A stretch of 64,000 nt of DNA from Bdellovibrionales bacterium (GTDB lineage Bacteria; Bdellovibrionota; Bdellovibrionia; Bdellovibrionales; UBA1609): positions 1 through 64,000 of the forward strand of contig CBDHDF010000004.1 in NCBI GenBank assembly GCA_965261545.1, written 5' to 3'. The position numbers and the translations under genes are program-made. Positions 22,168 to 36,642 of the stretch are shown piece by piece (within the stretch, counting starts at the first letter, position 1; each line of letters opens with the position of its first letter). The notes under the pieces are model-generated. The model was not told the DNA's origin. It saw nothing but the letters and a program-made list of their open reading frames with translations, and searched no databases.

Positions 22168-23032
22168 TTAAAACTCCTCTTTCTTGTTCAACTTTTACTG
22201 GAGATATTTTTTCCAAATGACTAGAATCTATGTAGTTTTCATCTTCGTTCATCTCTTCAATGAACTTCGTTCTTTCAATGAGCTCCATCGCCAATTCTGA
22301 ATATCGCTTCGCTCCCACTGATTTAGGATCGTATTCAATAATGGGCAGTCCATAGCTCGGAGCTTCACTCAACCTTACATTTCTCGGTATAATAGCTTTA
22401 AAAACCTTATTTCCAAAATGAGATTTTATTTCTCCAACCACTTGATGACTTAAATTATTTCTTTTATCAAACATTGTAAGAACAATACCTTCAATTTTTA
22501 GATTTGGATTGAGGTTCTTTTTTATCAAACCTGCCGTGTTCAATAATTGGCTCAAGCCTTCAAGGGCATAATACTCACATTGTAAGGGGACCAAGAATGT
22601 ATTCGTAGCTGTCAAAGCATTGACAGTCAGTAGCCCAAGGGAGGGAGGACAATCTATGAGAATATAATCAAAATGATGAGCCACAGTATGAATAGCATCA
22701 CGCAGCCGATATTCCCGACGTGACATATCCACAAGTTCTATTTCAGCTCCCACAAGGTCTGGATTTGCGGGAACAATAAAAAGCCCCTCCACAGATGTAG
22801 AGACAATGGTCTTTTCCAACTCCCTCTCACCAATCAGGACATGGTAAATATTACTTTCTGAATGTTCATATCTTTTGACTCCAGCCCCACTTGAAGCATT
22901 GCCCTGTGGGTCCATATCAAGAATAAGGACCCTCTTTTTGCCTTCTTTAGCCAGTGCTGCTGACAAATTCACAGATGTTGTGGTCTTACCCACCCCCCCT
23001 TTTTGATTAGCTATGCAGATAACTCTCGCCAT
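22142..23032 (-). CDS. parA: Chromosome partitioning ATPase ParA
   Basis: NQKGGVGKTT, DCPPSLG, PRNVRLSEAPS. Confidence 0.97.
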   Translation of the reverse strand: MARVICIANQKGGVGKTTTSVNLSAALAKEGKKRVLILDMDPQGNASSGAGVKRYEHSESNIYHVLIGERELEKTIVSTSVEGLFIVPANPDLVGAEIELVDMSRREYRLRDAIHTVAHHFDYILIDCPPSLGLLTVNALTATNTFLVPLQCEYYALEGLSQLLNTAGLIKKNLNPNLKIEGIVLTMFDKRNNLSHQVVGEIKSHFGNKVFKAIIPRNVRLSEAPSYGLPIIEYDPKSVGAKRYSELAMELIERTKFIEEMNEDENYIDSSHLEKISPVKVEQERGVLNGHSEFTN

Positions 23033-23181
23033 GACTCTCCTTCATTCTATCCATCTCATAAAGTCCCATGGCGATTATTTCATTGAAGGCAAGTCAAGTC
23101 TAGTAAAAGATTCATAAAACATAAAAATCTAATAAGAATTGCTATGCCAAGAATGTAACTTTTTAACGCTTGCAATGCAAT

Positions 23182-23197
23182 TGTTCCACGTGGAACA
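23182..23197. promoter_or_regulatory. parS centromere-like site
   Basis: Perfect palindrome TGTTCCACGTGGAACA (extends to 23179-23200) upstream of parA. Confidence 0.93.
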
Positions 23198-23291
23198 ATT
23201 AAATCGAAGACTTCTCTATCCAAACCATCTAATAAGTCCCTATATTCACCGCATGCTGATTTTGCCCTCCCGTCCGGGTTTTGCTGCATAC

Positions 23292-25202
23292 TCATCTATC
23301 CAAAAGATTCTCTGACTTCATATAAACTAGCAAAGCTTGAATCGCTGAAGGGTTCACTCCACTGATTCTCTGAGCCTGACCCAAGGTCCTTGGCCTCACT
23401 TCTGTAAGTTTTTCCACTTCTTCATGGGAGAGACCGCGAATATTTTTAAAAGAAAGCTTCAAAGGAAGTTTTAATTGCTCAAGTCTTTTAGTCTGAGAAA
23501 TTAACTTCTCTTGTCTCTTGATATAACCTGAATATTTAACAGCAATTTCAATGGGTTCATAAACCTTTTTTTCCCTAGGGGGACAAAGACCTAGGGCCTC
23601 AAGATCAGAACAAGAAATCTCACTTCTTCTCAATAACTCTTCAAAACTTATAGGCTTCTGTAAAACAGGAGTTCCTATTCTCTCCAATGCCTTTTGAGTT
23701 TGGCCATTGGGAACAAGTTTTTTAGATACTAAGTCTCGATGAAAATCCTGTCTCGCTTTTAAATATCCCTCTATCAAAGTTAAATCCTCATCAGGAAGTA
23801 AATAATAATCTTTTGATTTCTTATATAACCTCTCAAAAACATTATCTTCTCTCAAAATAAGTCTATATTCAGCCCGAGAGGTCAGCATTCTATAAGGTTC
23901 CCTTGTCCCCTTTGTCACCAAGTCATCAATAAGAACACCTATATAAGATTCATCCCTGCCTAAAATAAACTCCGAATGCCCTTGAACTTTGAGAGCGGCA
24001 TTGAGTCCCGCCACAAGACCTTGAGCAGCAGCTTCTTCGTATCCACTGGAACCATTGATTTGGCCTGCAAAGAATAAGTTCCTTATATTTTTTGTTTCCA
24101 AACTATGAAATATTTGTCGTGGCTCAAAGAAATCGTACTCCACAGCATAACCTGGACGAAGCACTTTCACATTTTCCAAACCAGGGATAGTTCTCAAAAA
24201 CTCATACTGCACCATTTCAGGAAGACTTGTGGAAACTCCTTGCAAATAAATAGAAGGGCTTTCAAGACCCTCTGGCTCTAAAAAGCTCAAATGATGAGTT
24301 TTATCTTCAAAGCGTGTGATTTTATCTTCAATACTAGGACAGTACCTAGGACCTATACCCTCAATCAATCCCGAAAAAAGAGGGGACTGGTGCAAATTCC
24401 GACGAATAATATCATGAGTCTTCTCGTTAGTATAAGTCAAAAAGCATTCAATCTGAGGAAGTTTTGGTTGAGAGGAATTTTTAAAATGAAAAGGAATGAA
24501 GTCTTTATCTCCACCCTGAGCGGTCGTCTTTGACCAATCAATGGTCTCTCGATCCAATCTTGGAGGAGTGCCTGTTTTCAGTCGAGTCACTTTAAAGCCA
24601 TGCTCAGCAAGCTGCTCTGAAATGCCTATGGTGGCTTTATCACCAACACGCCCTCCCTCTATCCTTTTCATACCAATATGCATCACACCATGCATAAATG
24701 TTCCTGCAGCAATCACCACTGTTTTTGACTTTAGCCTCGTGCCGTCAGACATAACAACTCCTGAACACCTCTGGCCTTCTAACATGAGACTTTGAACCTC
24801 ACCCTCAAAGCAATGCAAACTCTCTCCACGAAGAACAAGAGAAGACATGTATTTGGAATAAAGATTTTTATCACATTGCATCCTCGACCCACGCACAGCA
24901 GGCCCCTTACTGGCATTCAATCGTTTAAACTGAATGCATGACTCATCCGCAGCCTGCCCCATGCTTCCACCAAGAACATCAATCTCCCGAACAATATGCC
25001 CTTTTCCCAAGCCTCCTATGGAAGGGTTACAACTCATAAAAGAAATACGATCCATATTTTGAGTGATAAGAAGTGTTTTCATAGAAAGACGTGAGGCCAC
25101 CAAAGCAGCCTCAGCACCTGCATGGCCTCCTCCGACCACAATGACATCATACAAAATTTCTTTAAAACTCATTTTTAAACCTACCTTCAAACCCATGGTC
25201 AA
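23292..25202 (-). CDS. mnmG: tRNA modification enzyme MnmG (GidA)
   Basis: VVGGGHAGAEAA, MSCNPSIGG, GPRYCPSIEDK. Confidence 0.97.
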   Translation of the reverse strand: MTMGLKVGLKMSFKEILYDVIVVGGGHAGAEAALVASRLSMKTLLITQNMDRISFMSCNPSIGGLGKGHIVREIDVLGGSMGQAADESCIQFKRLNASKGPAVRGSRMQCDKNLYSKYMSSLVLRGESLHCFEGEVQSLMLEGQRCSGVVMSDGTRLKSKTVVIAAGTFMHGVMHIGMKRIEGGRVGDKATIGISEQLAEHGFKVTRLKTGTPPRLDRETIDWSKTTAQGGDKDFIPFHFKNSSQPKLPQIECFLTYTNEKTHDIIRRNLHQSPLFSGLIEGIGPRYCPSIEDKITRFEDKTHHLSFLEPEGLESPSIYLQGVSTSLPEMVQYEFLRTIPGLENVKVLRPGYAVEYDFFEPRQIFHSLETKNIRNLFFAGQINGSSGYEEAAAQGLVAGLNAALKVQGHSEFILGRDESYIGVLIDDLVTKGTREPYRMLTSRAEYRLILREDNVFERLYKKSKDYYLLPDEDLTLIEGYLKARQDFHRDLVSKKLVPNGQTQKALERIGTPVLQKPISFEELLRRSEISCSDLEALGLCPPREKKVYEPIEIAVKYSGYIKRQEKLISQTKRLEQLKLPLKLSFKNIRGLSHEEVEKLTEVRPRTLGQAQRISGVNPSAIQALLVYMKSENLLDR

Positions 25203-25238
25203 ATTAGAGAGAATCGCTAGTTCATCAATAAAGTGAAT

Positions 25239-26765
25239 TTATTTACCCAAACAAAATTGTTGAAAGACTTTATCCATAACCTCATCATCGTACTGTTTTC
25301 CAAGAAGCTTTTGAATAGAGACAAGACCCTCTTGAAATTCAAAGGCTACAAACTCAAAGCTGCTCCCCTGACGTAAGAGTTCATTCCCCACTTCAAGCCT
25401 TTCATTGACATTTCTTAACAACTCAAAATGTCTTGCATGAGCGATAATTGTGGAATTCCCAGCATACCGTCCATGGGCAAAATTCTTTAAAGCCCCAAGC
25501 AAGTCTTCTATCCCAAAGGAATTAAGAGCAGAAATGCAAAAGCTTCTCTCGTTCGTAAATCTTTTAATGGACTCTTCACCATTTTTATCTCCAAGACTGT
25601 TCTTTAAATGGCCTCTTAAGCTATCTTTATTCTCATTATGACGACCTTTATTAAAGATCGTCTCTTGTCTTAGTCTTTCCAAGACCTCTTTTTTTCTCTC
25701 ACCCAATAAAATAGACTGTTCCTCTAAGGATGCAATATCCAATTTATTAAAAACCAAATATAATTTATCCAACATATTTTCTGATATTAATTTCTTTATA
25801 TGCATACCTGTAGAACTTATGGCTTTTGTTAAATCAAAAACTAAGAACACAACATCCGAATCCTCAATGGATTTTAAAGACCTCTCAATACCCATATTTT
25901 CTATTTCATCAGATGAATCTCTCAATCCAGCGGTATCTGTTAAATTATAAACAACTCCTTCAAGAAAAAGTCGTCCCTCCACACAATCTCTCGTCGTGCC
26001 CGCATGATCTGAAACAATGGCTCGATCTGCACCTAACAATACATTCAAAAGACTTGATTTACCTACATTGGGTTCACCCACAATGGAGACATTCACACCA
26101 TTTCTTATTTCACAACCCTTCTTATAAGAAGACAACATATGCTGAATTTCTTCTTGTAATTTCAAACTGACATCAAGAAGCTCTTTTTCTGATTTATGAG
26201 GAATGTCTTCTAAAGAGAAATCTATATGGGCCTCTAGGTGAGCTAAAATCCACAGGAGTTTATCTTTTATTTTCGTAAATGCTTGAGATAAACGACCTCT
26301 TAATTGTTTTAAAGCCAATCGAGCAGAAGTCTGACTTTCACTTTCAATCATAGCCAAAACTCCCTCTGCTTGAACGAGGTCCATTCGACCATTCATAAAA
26401 GACCTATAGGTAAATTCACCCTTTTCAGCCATGCGGGCACCTGCCCTCTGTAGTTCCAGCAAAATTCTTTGGCTTATGAAGTCGCTACCATGACTGGATA
26501 TTTCCAAAGTCGTTTCACCAGTAAAAGAACGTCCTTTAGCAAAATAACTAACTAAAACCTCATCTATCTCTTTTTTAAGATCATAATCACGAATAAATCC
26601 ATAGTAAATACGGTGAGATTCACAAGAATGTGGCAAAAAGGGACACAGATGGCGCACAATAGCTTCAGATCCTTCGCCACTGACTCGAATAATAGAGATC
26701 CCCCCTCGACCTCTAGCTGTTGAGATAGCACAAATGGTATCTTCATCTCTTCTAAGGTAATGCAA
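25239..26765 (-). CDS. mnmE: tRNA modification GTPase MnmE (TrmE)
   Basis: GEPNVGKSSLLN, GTTRD, DTAGLR, C-terminal FCLGK. Confidence 0.97.
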   Translation of the reverse strand: MHYLRRDEDTICAISTARGRGGISIIRVSGEGSEAIVRHLCPFLPHSCESHRIYYGFIRDYDLKKEIDEVLVSYFAKGRSFTGETTLEISSHGSDFISQRILLELQRAGARMAEKGEFTYRSFMNGRMDLVQAEGVLAMIESESQTSARLALKQLRGRLSQAFTKIKDKLLWILAHLEAHIDFSLEDIPHKSEKELLDVSLKLQEEIQHMLSSYKKGCEIRNGVNVSIVGEPNVGKSSLLNVLLGADRAIVSDHAGTTRDCVEGRLFLEGVVYNLTDTAGLRDSSDEIENMGIERSLKSIEDSDVVFLVFDLTKAISSTGMHIKKLISENMLDKLYLVFNKLDIASLEEQSILLGERKKEVLERLRQETIFNKGRHNENKDSLRGHLKNSLGDKNGEESIKRFTNERSFCISALNSFGIEDLLGALKNFAHGRYAGNSTIIAHARHFELLRNVNERLEVGNELLRQGSSFEFVAFEFQEGLVSIQKLLGKQYDDEVMDKVFQQFCLGK

Positions 26766-26803
26766 AATGCTTCCTCATTCATAACCACCTGAGAAATAAG
26801 AAG

Positions 26804-27352
26804 TTACACTCGAACTTCCTCTCGGGAGTAATTCTTATTAGACGGATAAATCTTGATCTTTTTGTAAAGACCATCTCCAATAGAACGACTTTGAACTCGA
26901 CTATCATCAGCTAAGTGCTGATGAACAACCTTACGATCTCTAGGAGAAAGAGCCCGGCAATAAACTGGTTTAGATTTATTAATCGCCATTTCCCTTAATT
27001 TGTCTGCCAAACTAATAAGAGACTCATCGACTTTTTCCCTAAAACCATCACAATCCATAACAAGAAGAACTTTCTCCTTTGGCAACTTATGCTGTAGGAC
27101 TCTTTTTATGTAAAGTTGAAGAGCGTCTAAAAGTTGTCCCTCTTTAAAAATAAGCATATTTTCATCCTCACCAAAGAACTCAACAACAACACATTCATCT
27201 CCATCAATCTCAATATCAAAAGACAAACTTAAATTAGATATAGATAAAAGGGTTTCAAGATTTCCTGAAACGAGATCAATAATATGCTTATATTGACCTT
27301 CATCTGTTATAGTATTCTTTTTACCAAATAATTTAGAAAATAGACTCATCAT
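26804..27352 (-). CDS. jag: Jag/KhpB RNA-binding protein (KH-R3H)
   Basis: GQLLDALQ and R3H RKVVH; position after yidC. Confidence 0.88.
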   Translation of the reverse strand: MMSLFSKLFGKKNTITDEGQYKHIIDLVSGNLETLLSISNLSLSFDIEIDGDECVVVEFFGEDENMLIFKEGQLLDALQLYIKRVLQHKLPKEKVLLVMDCDGFREKVDESLISLADKLREMAINKSKPVYCRALSPRDRKVVHQHLADDSRVQSRSIGDGLYKKIKIYPSNKNYSREEVRV

Positions 27353-27477
27353 TCCTCCTCATCTTACTGTCTCGCTGTATTGTTTAATTGTGCTGTAAAT
27401 CACATTGTATTTAACCCTATTACTATTTAATTGTACTCCAAATCATACTGTATCTAAGCCGATGACAATTTTCACTA

Positions 27478-29130
27478 CTATGTCATAACTGCAATTACCT
27501 CGCGCTTCTTCATAAAATAAAGATGCTGTAAAATACCAAATACAGTGCTTACCAAAATATACAAAGTAAGCCCACTTGGCAAACTCAGCATAAAAAATGT
27601 AAACATAACAGGCATAAACATCATAATTTTTCTTTGAGCAGGTTCCATGGTATTTGGCTGGATAGCCATTTGCAAAAACATAGCAAGCCCCATAAGTATA
27701 GGTAAAATATAAAAGGGATCTTTCAAGCTAAGGTCCTGAATCCACAAGAAAAATGGAGATTGATAAAGCTCAATGCTTTGACCTAACACCCTATACAAGG
27801 CAATAAAAATTGGAAACTGTAAAAGCATGGGCAAACAACCTGAAATAGGGTTTGCTTTATTTTTTTTCATAAGAGCCATCACTTCTCGATTCATTCTCTG
27901 AGGATCTTCTTTATGCACCTCCCTTATTTCTTTTATTAAAGGTTGAATAATTTGCATTTTTTTCATTGATTCATAAGAAAACACATTCAAAGGCAGCAAA
28001 AACAATCTTACAAGCAACGTCATTGCAATAATTGAAAGGCCCCAATTTCCTGTAAAACTATGAAATATTTTCATTATTTTTAATAAAATCTTCCCAATCC
28101 AATGAAACCAACCAAAATCGACAAGATTGGAAAGAGCTAGATCACCAAGAACTTCCGTGGATTTAGGTCCAATAAAACCTGAAAAATGAATAGAAAAATC
28201 TGACGAGCGACTAAGAACAGAGTGATTCAATCGTCCTATAACAGAGCCAAATTCTTTAAAAAAGCTAGCACTTGGCATCACATCAGACTTATCTAAAATA
28301 GCTTGAGCAAAATATTGACTTCCCAAAGCAGCGACAAGAATTTTTTGATAATGAGTTGGGGTCTCCTCCATGTCTGAAACTAAAGTTCTCTCTTGACCGT
28401 CAGAATTAAAAATAAAAATTTCTTGTCCACCAAAACTAGGCACTAAAAAGCTCTGCTCTTTTTGCGTTTCAATGGGAGCAGAGATATAAGTGGTTAAACC
28501 GAGAAAATTCACTGTGATATCAGAAACTTCCACATTAATATCAATGGTATAATTCTCTGGATTTATAGAAAATGTTTTGACAAATTTAATAGATTCATCA
28601 AAAGCTTCACCAATAAATTTATTATCACCAATTTTTTTTACATAAAAATCAATTTTTGATGTTTTTCCAATCAAATTGGTTTCAAATAAAGAAAATCCCT
28701 GTGAACTCCCCAACCTCATAGGGTTTCCTTCTCTATTCATGTATTCCTTTAAAACAACATCACGCAATCCCATACCCTTAGAAGTAATAACAAATGAAAA
28801 TCTCTTGCCTTCATATTTATGAAAGATTTCTGCTTTTTGAATCTCCGAAACATCTGAAGAAGAATTGGGATTTATTTTTAAACCCTTTTTTTGATAAGCA
28901 TGCCCATGAATCCCTCCTTCTTGAAGATGCGATGAATGAGAAGGAATAGTCAACTTGGAATTCTGTGAAGACGAATCTTGCTCTTGTCGCTGAGCTTGAT
29001 TCGTCTTCTTATAAATATGAGGATATTTATTTCTCATGTAAAAATCCCAGGCAAACCAACTTAGAGCTACCAACACAATTGCTACAATTGTTTTTGGTTC
29101 CATAAATGAATCTTTGCCCTCATTATTCAT
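27478..29130 (-). CDS. yidC: Membrane protein insertase YidC
   Basis: VDFGWF, GNWGLSII, GCLPMLLQFPIFIALY. Confidence 0.96.
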   Translation of the reverse strand: MNNEGKDSFMEPKTIVAIVLVALSWFAWDFYMRNKYPHIYKKTNQAQRQEQDSSSQNSKLTIPSHSSHLQEGGIHGHAYQKKGLKINPNSSSDVSEIQKAEIFHKYEGKRFSFVITSKGMGLRDVVLKEYMNREGNPMRLGSSQGFSLFETNLIGKTSKIDFYVKKIGDNKFIGEAFDESIKFVKTFSINPENYTIDINVEVSDITVNFLGLTTYISAPIETQKEQSFLVPSFGGQEIFIFNSDGQERTLVSDMEETPTHYQKILVAALGSQYFAQAILDKSDVMPSASFFKEFGSVIGRLNHSVLSRSSDFSIHFSGFIGPKSTEVLGDLALSNLVDFGWFHWIGKILLKIMKIFHSFTGNWGLSIIAMTLLVRLFLLPLNVFSYESMKKMQIIQPLIKEIREVHKEDPQRMNREVMALMKKNKANPISGCLPMLLQFPIFIALYRVLGQSIELYQSPFFLWIQDLSLKDPFYILPILMGLAMFLQMAIQPNTMEPAQRKIMMFMPVMFTFFMLSLPSGLTLYILVSTVFGILQHLYFMKKREVIAVMT

Positions 29131-29450
29131 TAAAAATCACCTTCTTTCTGTCCATATATTTTCTGTCCATGTATTTTAGGTGCTGGATCATAGCCACAAG
29201 ACCCACCTGGACGACACCTCATAATCCTATTTAAAATTAACCAAGTAGCAATGGGAAAGGAATGAGACTGAAACACGGATCTTCCATAATCAGAGCACCG
29301 AGGAACAAAACGACAACCATTTCCAATGTAATTAGAAAGAAATATCTTATAAAAATCAATAAATAGTAGAGCTAAAAATCTTAATTTTAAGTCACCTATT
29401 TTTAATAATTTTCTGTAAAGTTGGTTGTAATATCTTTTTAAACTCATCAT
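29130..29450 (-). CDS. yidD: Membrane protein insertion efficiency factor YidD (start uncertain)
   Basis: CRFVPRCSDY, RIMRCRP, GYDP. Confidence 0.88.
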   Translation of the reverse strand: MMSLKRYYNQLYRKLLKIGDLKLRFLALLFIDFYKIFLSNYIGNGCRFVPRCSDYGRSVFQSHSFPIATWLILNRIMRCRPGGSCGYDPAPKIHGQKIYGQKEGDF

Positions 29451-29796
29451 ATTTAATACTCTTATAAAAGTTTCTACTTTGTCTTTTTAAAACAATGTTA
29501 ATATCCACAAAAGATAAATTACCTCCATGAACATCATTGATAACATCTCTAGAAATTTCTCGACACCATCTCTTTATGCGATTTCTAATCACAGCCTTGC
29601 CTACATACCTTGGGAGGGTCCAACCAAAACGGGGATGGTTATATTCATTTTTATTGAAATTTAAAACCATCCAAGAACTTGCATGAAATCTTTTCCCTCT
29701 CCGAAAAAGAAAAAGAAATTCTTTACGAGATTTAATGGTCTTTAAACAATTATTTACCGCCAACACTAACGACCAATTTTTTTCGACCTTTGGCAC
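29392..29796 (-). CDS. rnpA: RNase P protein (true start probably near 29763)
   Basis: [12 protein letters not shown] motif; synteny. Confidence 0.92.
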   Translation of the reverse strand: MPKVEKNWSLVLAVNNCLKTIKSRKEFLFLFRRGKRFHASSWMVLNFNKNEYNHPRFGWTLPRYVGKAVIRNRIKRWCREISRDVINDVHGGNLSFVDINIVLKRQSRNFYKSIKYDEFKKILQPTLQKIIKNR

Positions 29797-29899
29797 GACG
29801 ACGAGCTAAAACCTCACGTCCGCTTTTGGTTTTCATACGGGAACGAAATCCATGTGTTGACTTACAGCTTTTACGACTAGGCTGGTATGTTCTTTTCAT
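29750..29899 (-). CDS. rpmH: 50S ribosomal protein L34 (absent from the ORF track)
   Basis: Hand translation [49 protein letters not shown]. Confidence 0.97.
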   Translation of the reverse strand: MKRTYQPSRKSCKSTHGFRSRMKTKSGREVLARRRAKGRKKLVVSVGGK

Positions 29900-30206
29900 T
29901 TTTTATATCCTCAATTCAGTTTTTCCAATTCTTCTTAATCCTCAGGGACTTTAAGGTGCAACAAGGAAGGGGGAGTAAGATGTAACAACTCGACTCCCTC
30001 GAATTCAACACAGCACACAAATCAACGCACCGCAATAAATGTCTGACAACACGCTCCACAAACTTCATACAATTAATCACAACGTCAAAAGAAGGTCAAG
30101 ATAGCGTTGTAAGATTTAAGAAATTATGGTAGGAGTTTGCTTTAGATTTCATGCTTCGATTCGTATTTCACACACCACAATACATTTCTTCTGAGGGCAA
30201 TATCTC

Positions 30207-31649
30207 ATGTTGGAACAAAACTTCTGGCAAAAGATTAAAGACAGTTTAAAGAAAAAAAATGCACACAATAATCTTTTTCATATGTGGTTTGATCCAACCC
30301 AATTGATTGAAATCAAAAAAGAACTCAATAGCCATCGATTTCGTCTAGGGGTTCCCTCAGAACTCCACAAGTATTGGATATCCGAGAATCTTCTCAACCT
30401 AATTTCTGAAGAAATATCAATGATTTACAAAAAACCCTTTTATTTAGAACTCATCGTCACAAACAGTCTAAAAGAAAGCTCCAAGGATCCTTCTTTACCC
30501 TTATCCACAAAAAATTATCAGCAAAATCAACTCAATCTATCCTATGTGCAAGCTCATACAGGAGCTAAAGTTCTTGCGAATCCTAATAGGTTTCAGCAAT
30601 TTACTCAAGATAAAACCCAAAGAGGATCTCTCAACCCCGACTACACCTTTTCTACGTTTGTAGTGGGCCGCAACAACGAATTTGCTCATGCTGGTTCTTT
30701 TAGTATTGCGGAACAACCTGGAAAGGATAGCTACAATCCCTTATTTATCTATGGACCTACGGGAATGGGTAAAACCCATCTTCTTCACGCCGTTGGAAAT
30801 CACATCTCCACCAGTCAGCCCCACCTTCGAGTCAATTACGCTTCAGCCGAAAAATTTATTAACGAATGTATTTCCAGTATTCGTCGAAGAGAAATGGACA
30901 AATTTCGCCTCAAGTACAGGGAAAGATCAGACATTCTTTTAATGGATGACGTTCAGGTTTTGAGACACGGTGAAGCAGTGCAAGAAGAGTTTTTTCACAC
31001 CCTCAACCATTTTTTTGACAAGAAGCAGCAAGTTGTCATTGCCAGCGATCGAATGCCAAAAGACATTCGTGGTCTCGAAGACCGCATTCGAACTCGCCTT
31101 GAATGGGGTCTTATTGCAGATATCCAAATGCCAGACATTGAAACAAGGGTTGCCATTTTAAAATATAAAGCCGAACTTATGAAATTAAATATTCCCCCAG
31201 AAGCTATCTCCTACATAGGTCGAATATCTAAACGATCCATACGAGAGCTAGAAGGCAATCTCAACAAAGTTCGAATTTATAGTGAGCTTCAAGGTCTACA
31301 CTTAAACCTTGAATTGGCCAAAAAAGTTCTGGCGACTCATGATGACGCAACACATATAACTATTTCGGAAATACAAAAAATTTGTGCTCGCCATTTTGAA
31401 ATCAGTGTTTCAGACCTAAAGTCGAAATCTCGAACAAAACCCCTCGTCGTTGCAAGGCAGTCGGCCATGTTTATGATAAAAAAACATCTCGACAAATCAC
31501 TTGTTGAAATTGGACGTGCTTTTGGAAAGGATCACACCACAGTTATTAATTCATTGCGTCGAATTGAAAGTCAACTTGGTAAAGATTCCGATTTAAAGAA
31601 AGATATTGATGAGATAGAAATGCGAATCCACAATCTCACAGGGGTGTGA
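30207..31649 (+). CDS. dnaA: Replication initiator DnaA
   Basis: YNPLFIYGPTGMGKTHL, QEEFFHTLN, KDHTTV. Confidence 0.98.
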   Translation: MLEQNFWQKIKDSLKKKNAHNNLFHMWFDPTQLIEIKKELNSHRFRLGVPSELHKYWISENLLNLISEEISMIYKKPFYLELIVTNSLKESSKDPSLPLSTKNYQQNQLNLSYVQAHTGAKVLANPNRFQQFTQDKTQRGSLNPDYTFSTFVVGRNNEFAHAGSFSIAEQPGKDSYNPLFIYGPTGMGKTHLLHAVGNHISTSQPHLRVNYASAEKFINECISSIRRREMDKFRLKYRERSDILLMDDVQVLRHGEAVQEEFFHTLNHFFDKKQQVVIASDRMPKDIRGLEDRIRTRLEWGLIADIQMPDIETRVAILKYKAELMKLNIPPEAISYIGRISKRSIRELEGNLNKVRIYSELQGLHLNLELAKKVLATHDDATHITISEIQKICARHFEISVSDLKSKSRTKPLVVARQSAMFMIKKHLDKSLVEIGRAFGKDHTTVINSLRRIESQLGKDSDLKKDIDEIEMRIHNLTGV

Positions 31650-31860
31650 ATAAACAATGTGGACAAGTATGTGGAAAGATGTGTGTCATCGTTGTGGAAA
31701 CGAACTTATCCACAACCACCGACTGGAACAAAGCCCTTTTAATAAGAAGGTTTTCCACAAGAATTTGTTATTAATTTCAATAATTTAAGTAGATTTAAGA
31801 GCTATCCACGGCCCTACTACTACAACTATTTTATATATATACAATTAACTATTAGTTTAA
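31645..31860. other. Chromosomal replication origin oriC
   Basis: DnaA-box-like 9-mers at 31645, 31658, 31670, 31693, 31706 (perfect TTATCCACA), 31751 and 31802, then GCCC, TACTACTACAACTA trios and an AT-rich tract. The + strand shifts from C-rich to G-rich around here (by eye). Confidence 0.92.
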
Positions 31861-31872
31861 GGGGTTATATCC

Positions 31873-33000
31873 ATGAAAATAAAGGCTGAAAGAAATGACC
31901 TATTTTCTCTTCTCAATCGTTGCCAGAGTATCGTGGAAAAAAAAACCACAATGCCAGCCCTCATCAACATCTTACTTAAATCTAAAAGAAATACTTTAAA
32001 GCTTTTTGCAACCAACCTTGAAGTAAGCTTTGTGGATGAGATTATTGCTGAAATTGATGAGCCAGGAGATGTTGCCGTTAACTCAAAAAGCCTTTTTAAT
32101 ATCATCAAGGAATTGCCAGAGGGTCCAGTTCAATTAATAAAACAAGAAAACAACTGGCTCAAAGTTTCTCAAAGTAAGTCCAATTTTAAGATATCTGGCA
32201 TTCACCCTAGTGAGTATCCAGACTTTCCTGAAATTAAAGCAAAGCATTTTTCCAGTATTAAGGCTTCTGCTCTTTCAGAGATGATCGATAAAACCATATT
32301 TAGTGTCTCTAATGACGAGACGCGCTATCATCTTAATGGTGTTTATTTTGAAAGGGTGAGTTCAGACGAATTTAAGATGGTTTCCACAGATGGTCATAGG
32401 CTAAGCCTTATTAATAAATCCTTGGGTCTTGTATCAAATGGTCTTTCATGGTTGTCTGTAAAAGAAGGAGTTATTATTCCACGGAAAGGGCTTAATGAGA
32501 TTAAAAAGTTGAGTGAATCAAATGATGATGAGAGTATCTTTCATGTAACTATTGATGGCTCTCAACTTGTTCTTTGCCATGAGAAGGTTGTTTTGATGAT
32601 TCGTCTCATTGAAGGACGATTTCCCAATTATGAACAACTTATTCCACAGAGTTTAAAAGAGCGTATTTTATTTAACAGAGAGGAATTACTTGCTGCCTTG
32701 AGAAGGGTATTTATTTTATGTGATCAAAAGTCAAAAAATGTTATTTTTGATTTGTCTGAGGGGTGTATTAAGATATCTTCAAGGGATACCACTCTTGGAA
32801 GTGCCAAAGAAGAAATAGAAATTGATTACCAAGGAGAAGACTTCAAGGTTGGGTTTAACATCAAATATTTCTTAGATGTCTTGACAACTATGAATGTGGA
32901 TGAAGTGGATATTGAATTGCAGGATAACTCATCACCTGGTCTACTAAGACCCCATGGGGATAAAAGCTATACCTGTGTTATTATGCCTATGCGTGTTTGA
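31873..33000 (+). CDS. dnaN: DNA polymerase III beta clamp
   Basis: DETRYHLNGV, STDGHRL, VIMPMRV. Confidence 0.97.
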   Translation: MKIKAERNDLFSLLNRCQSIVEKKTTMPALINILLKSKRNTLKLFATNLEVSFVDEIIAEIDEPGDVAVNSKSLFNIIKELPEGPVQLIKQENNWLKVSQSKSNFKISGIHPSEYPDFPEIKAKHFSSIKASALSEMIDKTIFSVSNDETRYHLNGVYFERVSSDEFKMVSTDGHRLSLINKSLGLVSNGLSWLSVKEGVIIPRKGLNEIKKLSESNDDESIFHVTIDGSQLVLCHEKVVLMIRLIEGRFPNYEQLIPQSLKERILFNREELLAALRRVFILCDQKSKNVIFDLSEGCIKISSRDTTLGSAKEEIEIDYQGEDFKVGFNIKYFLDVLTTMNVDEVDIELQDNSSPGLLRPHGDKSYTCVIMPMRV

Positions 33001-33003
33001 ATT

Positions 33004-36634
<3,631 letters not shown>

Positions 36635-36642
36635 GTCTGGAT

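Noticed and set aside
23080..23295. 71-aa ORF as an rsmG remnant
   Set aside because: No recognisable motif; it overlaps parS and is probably spurious.
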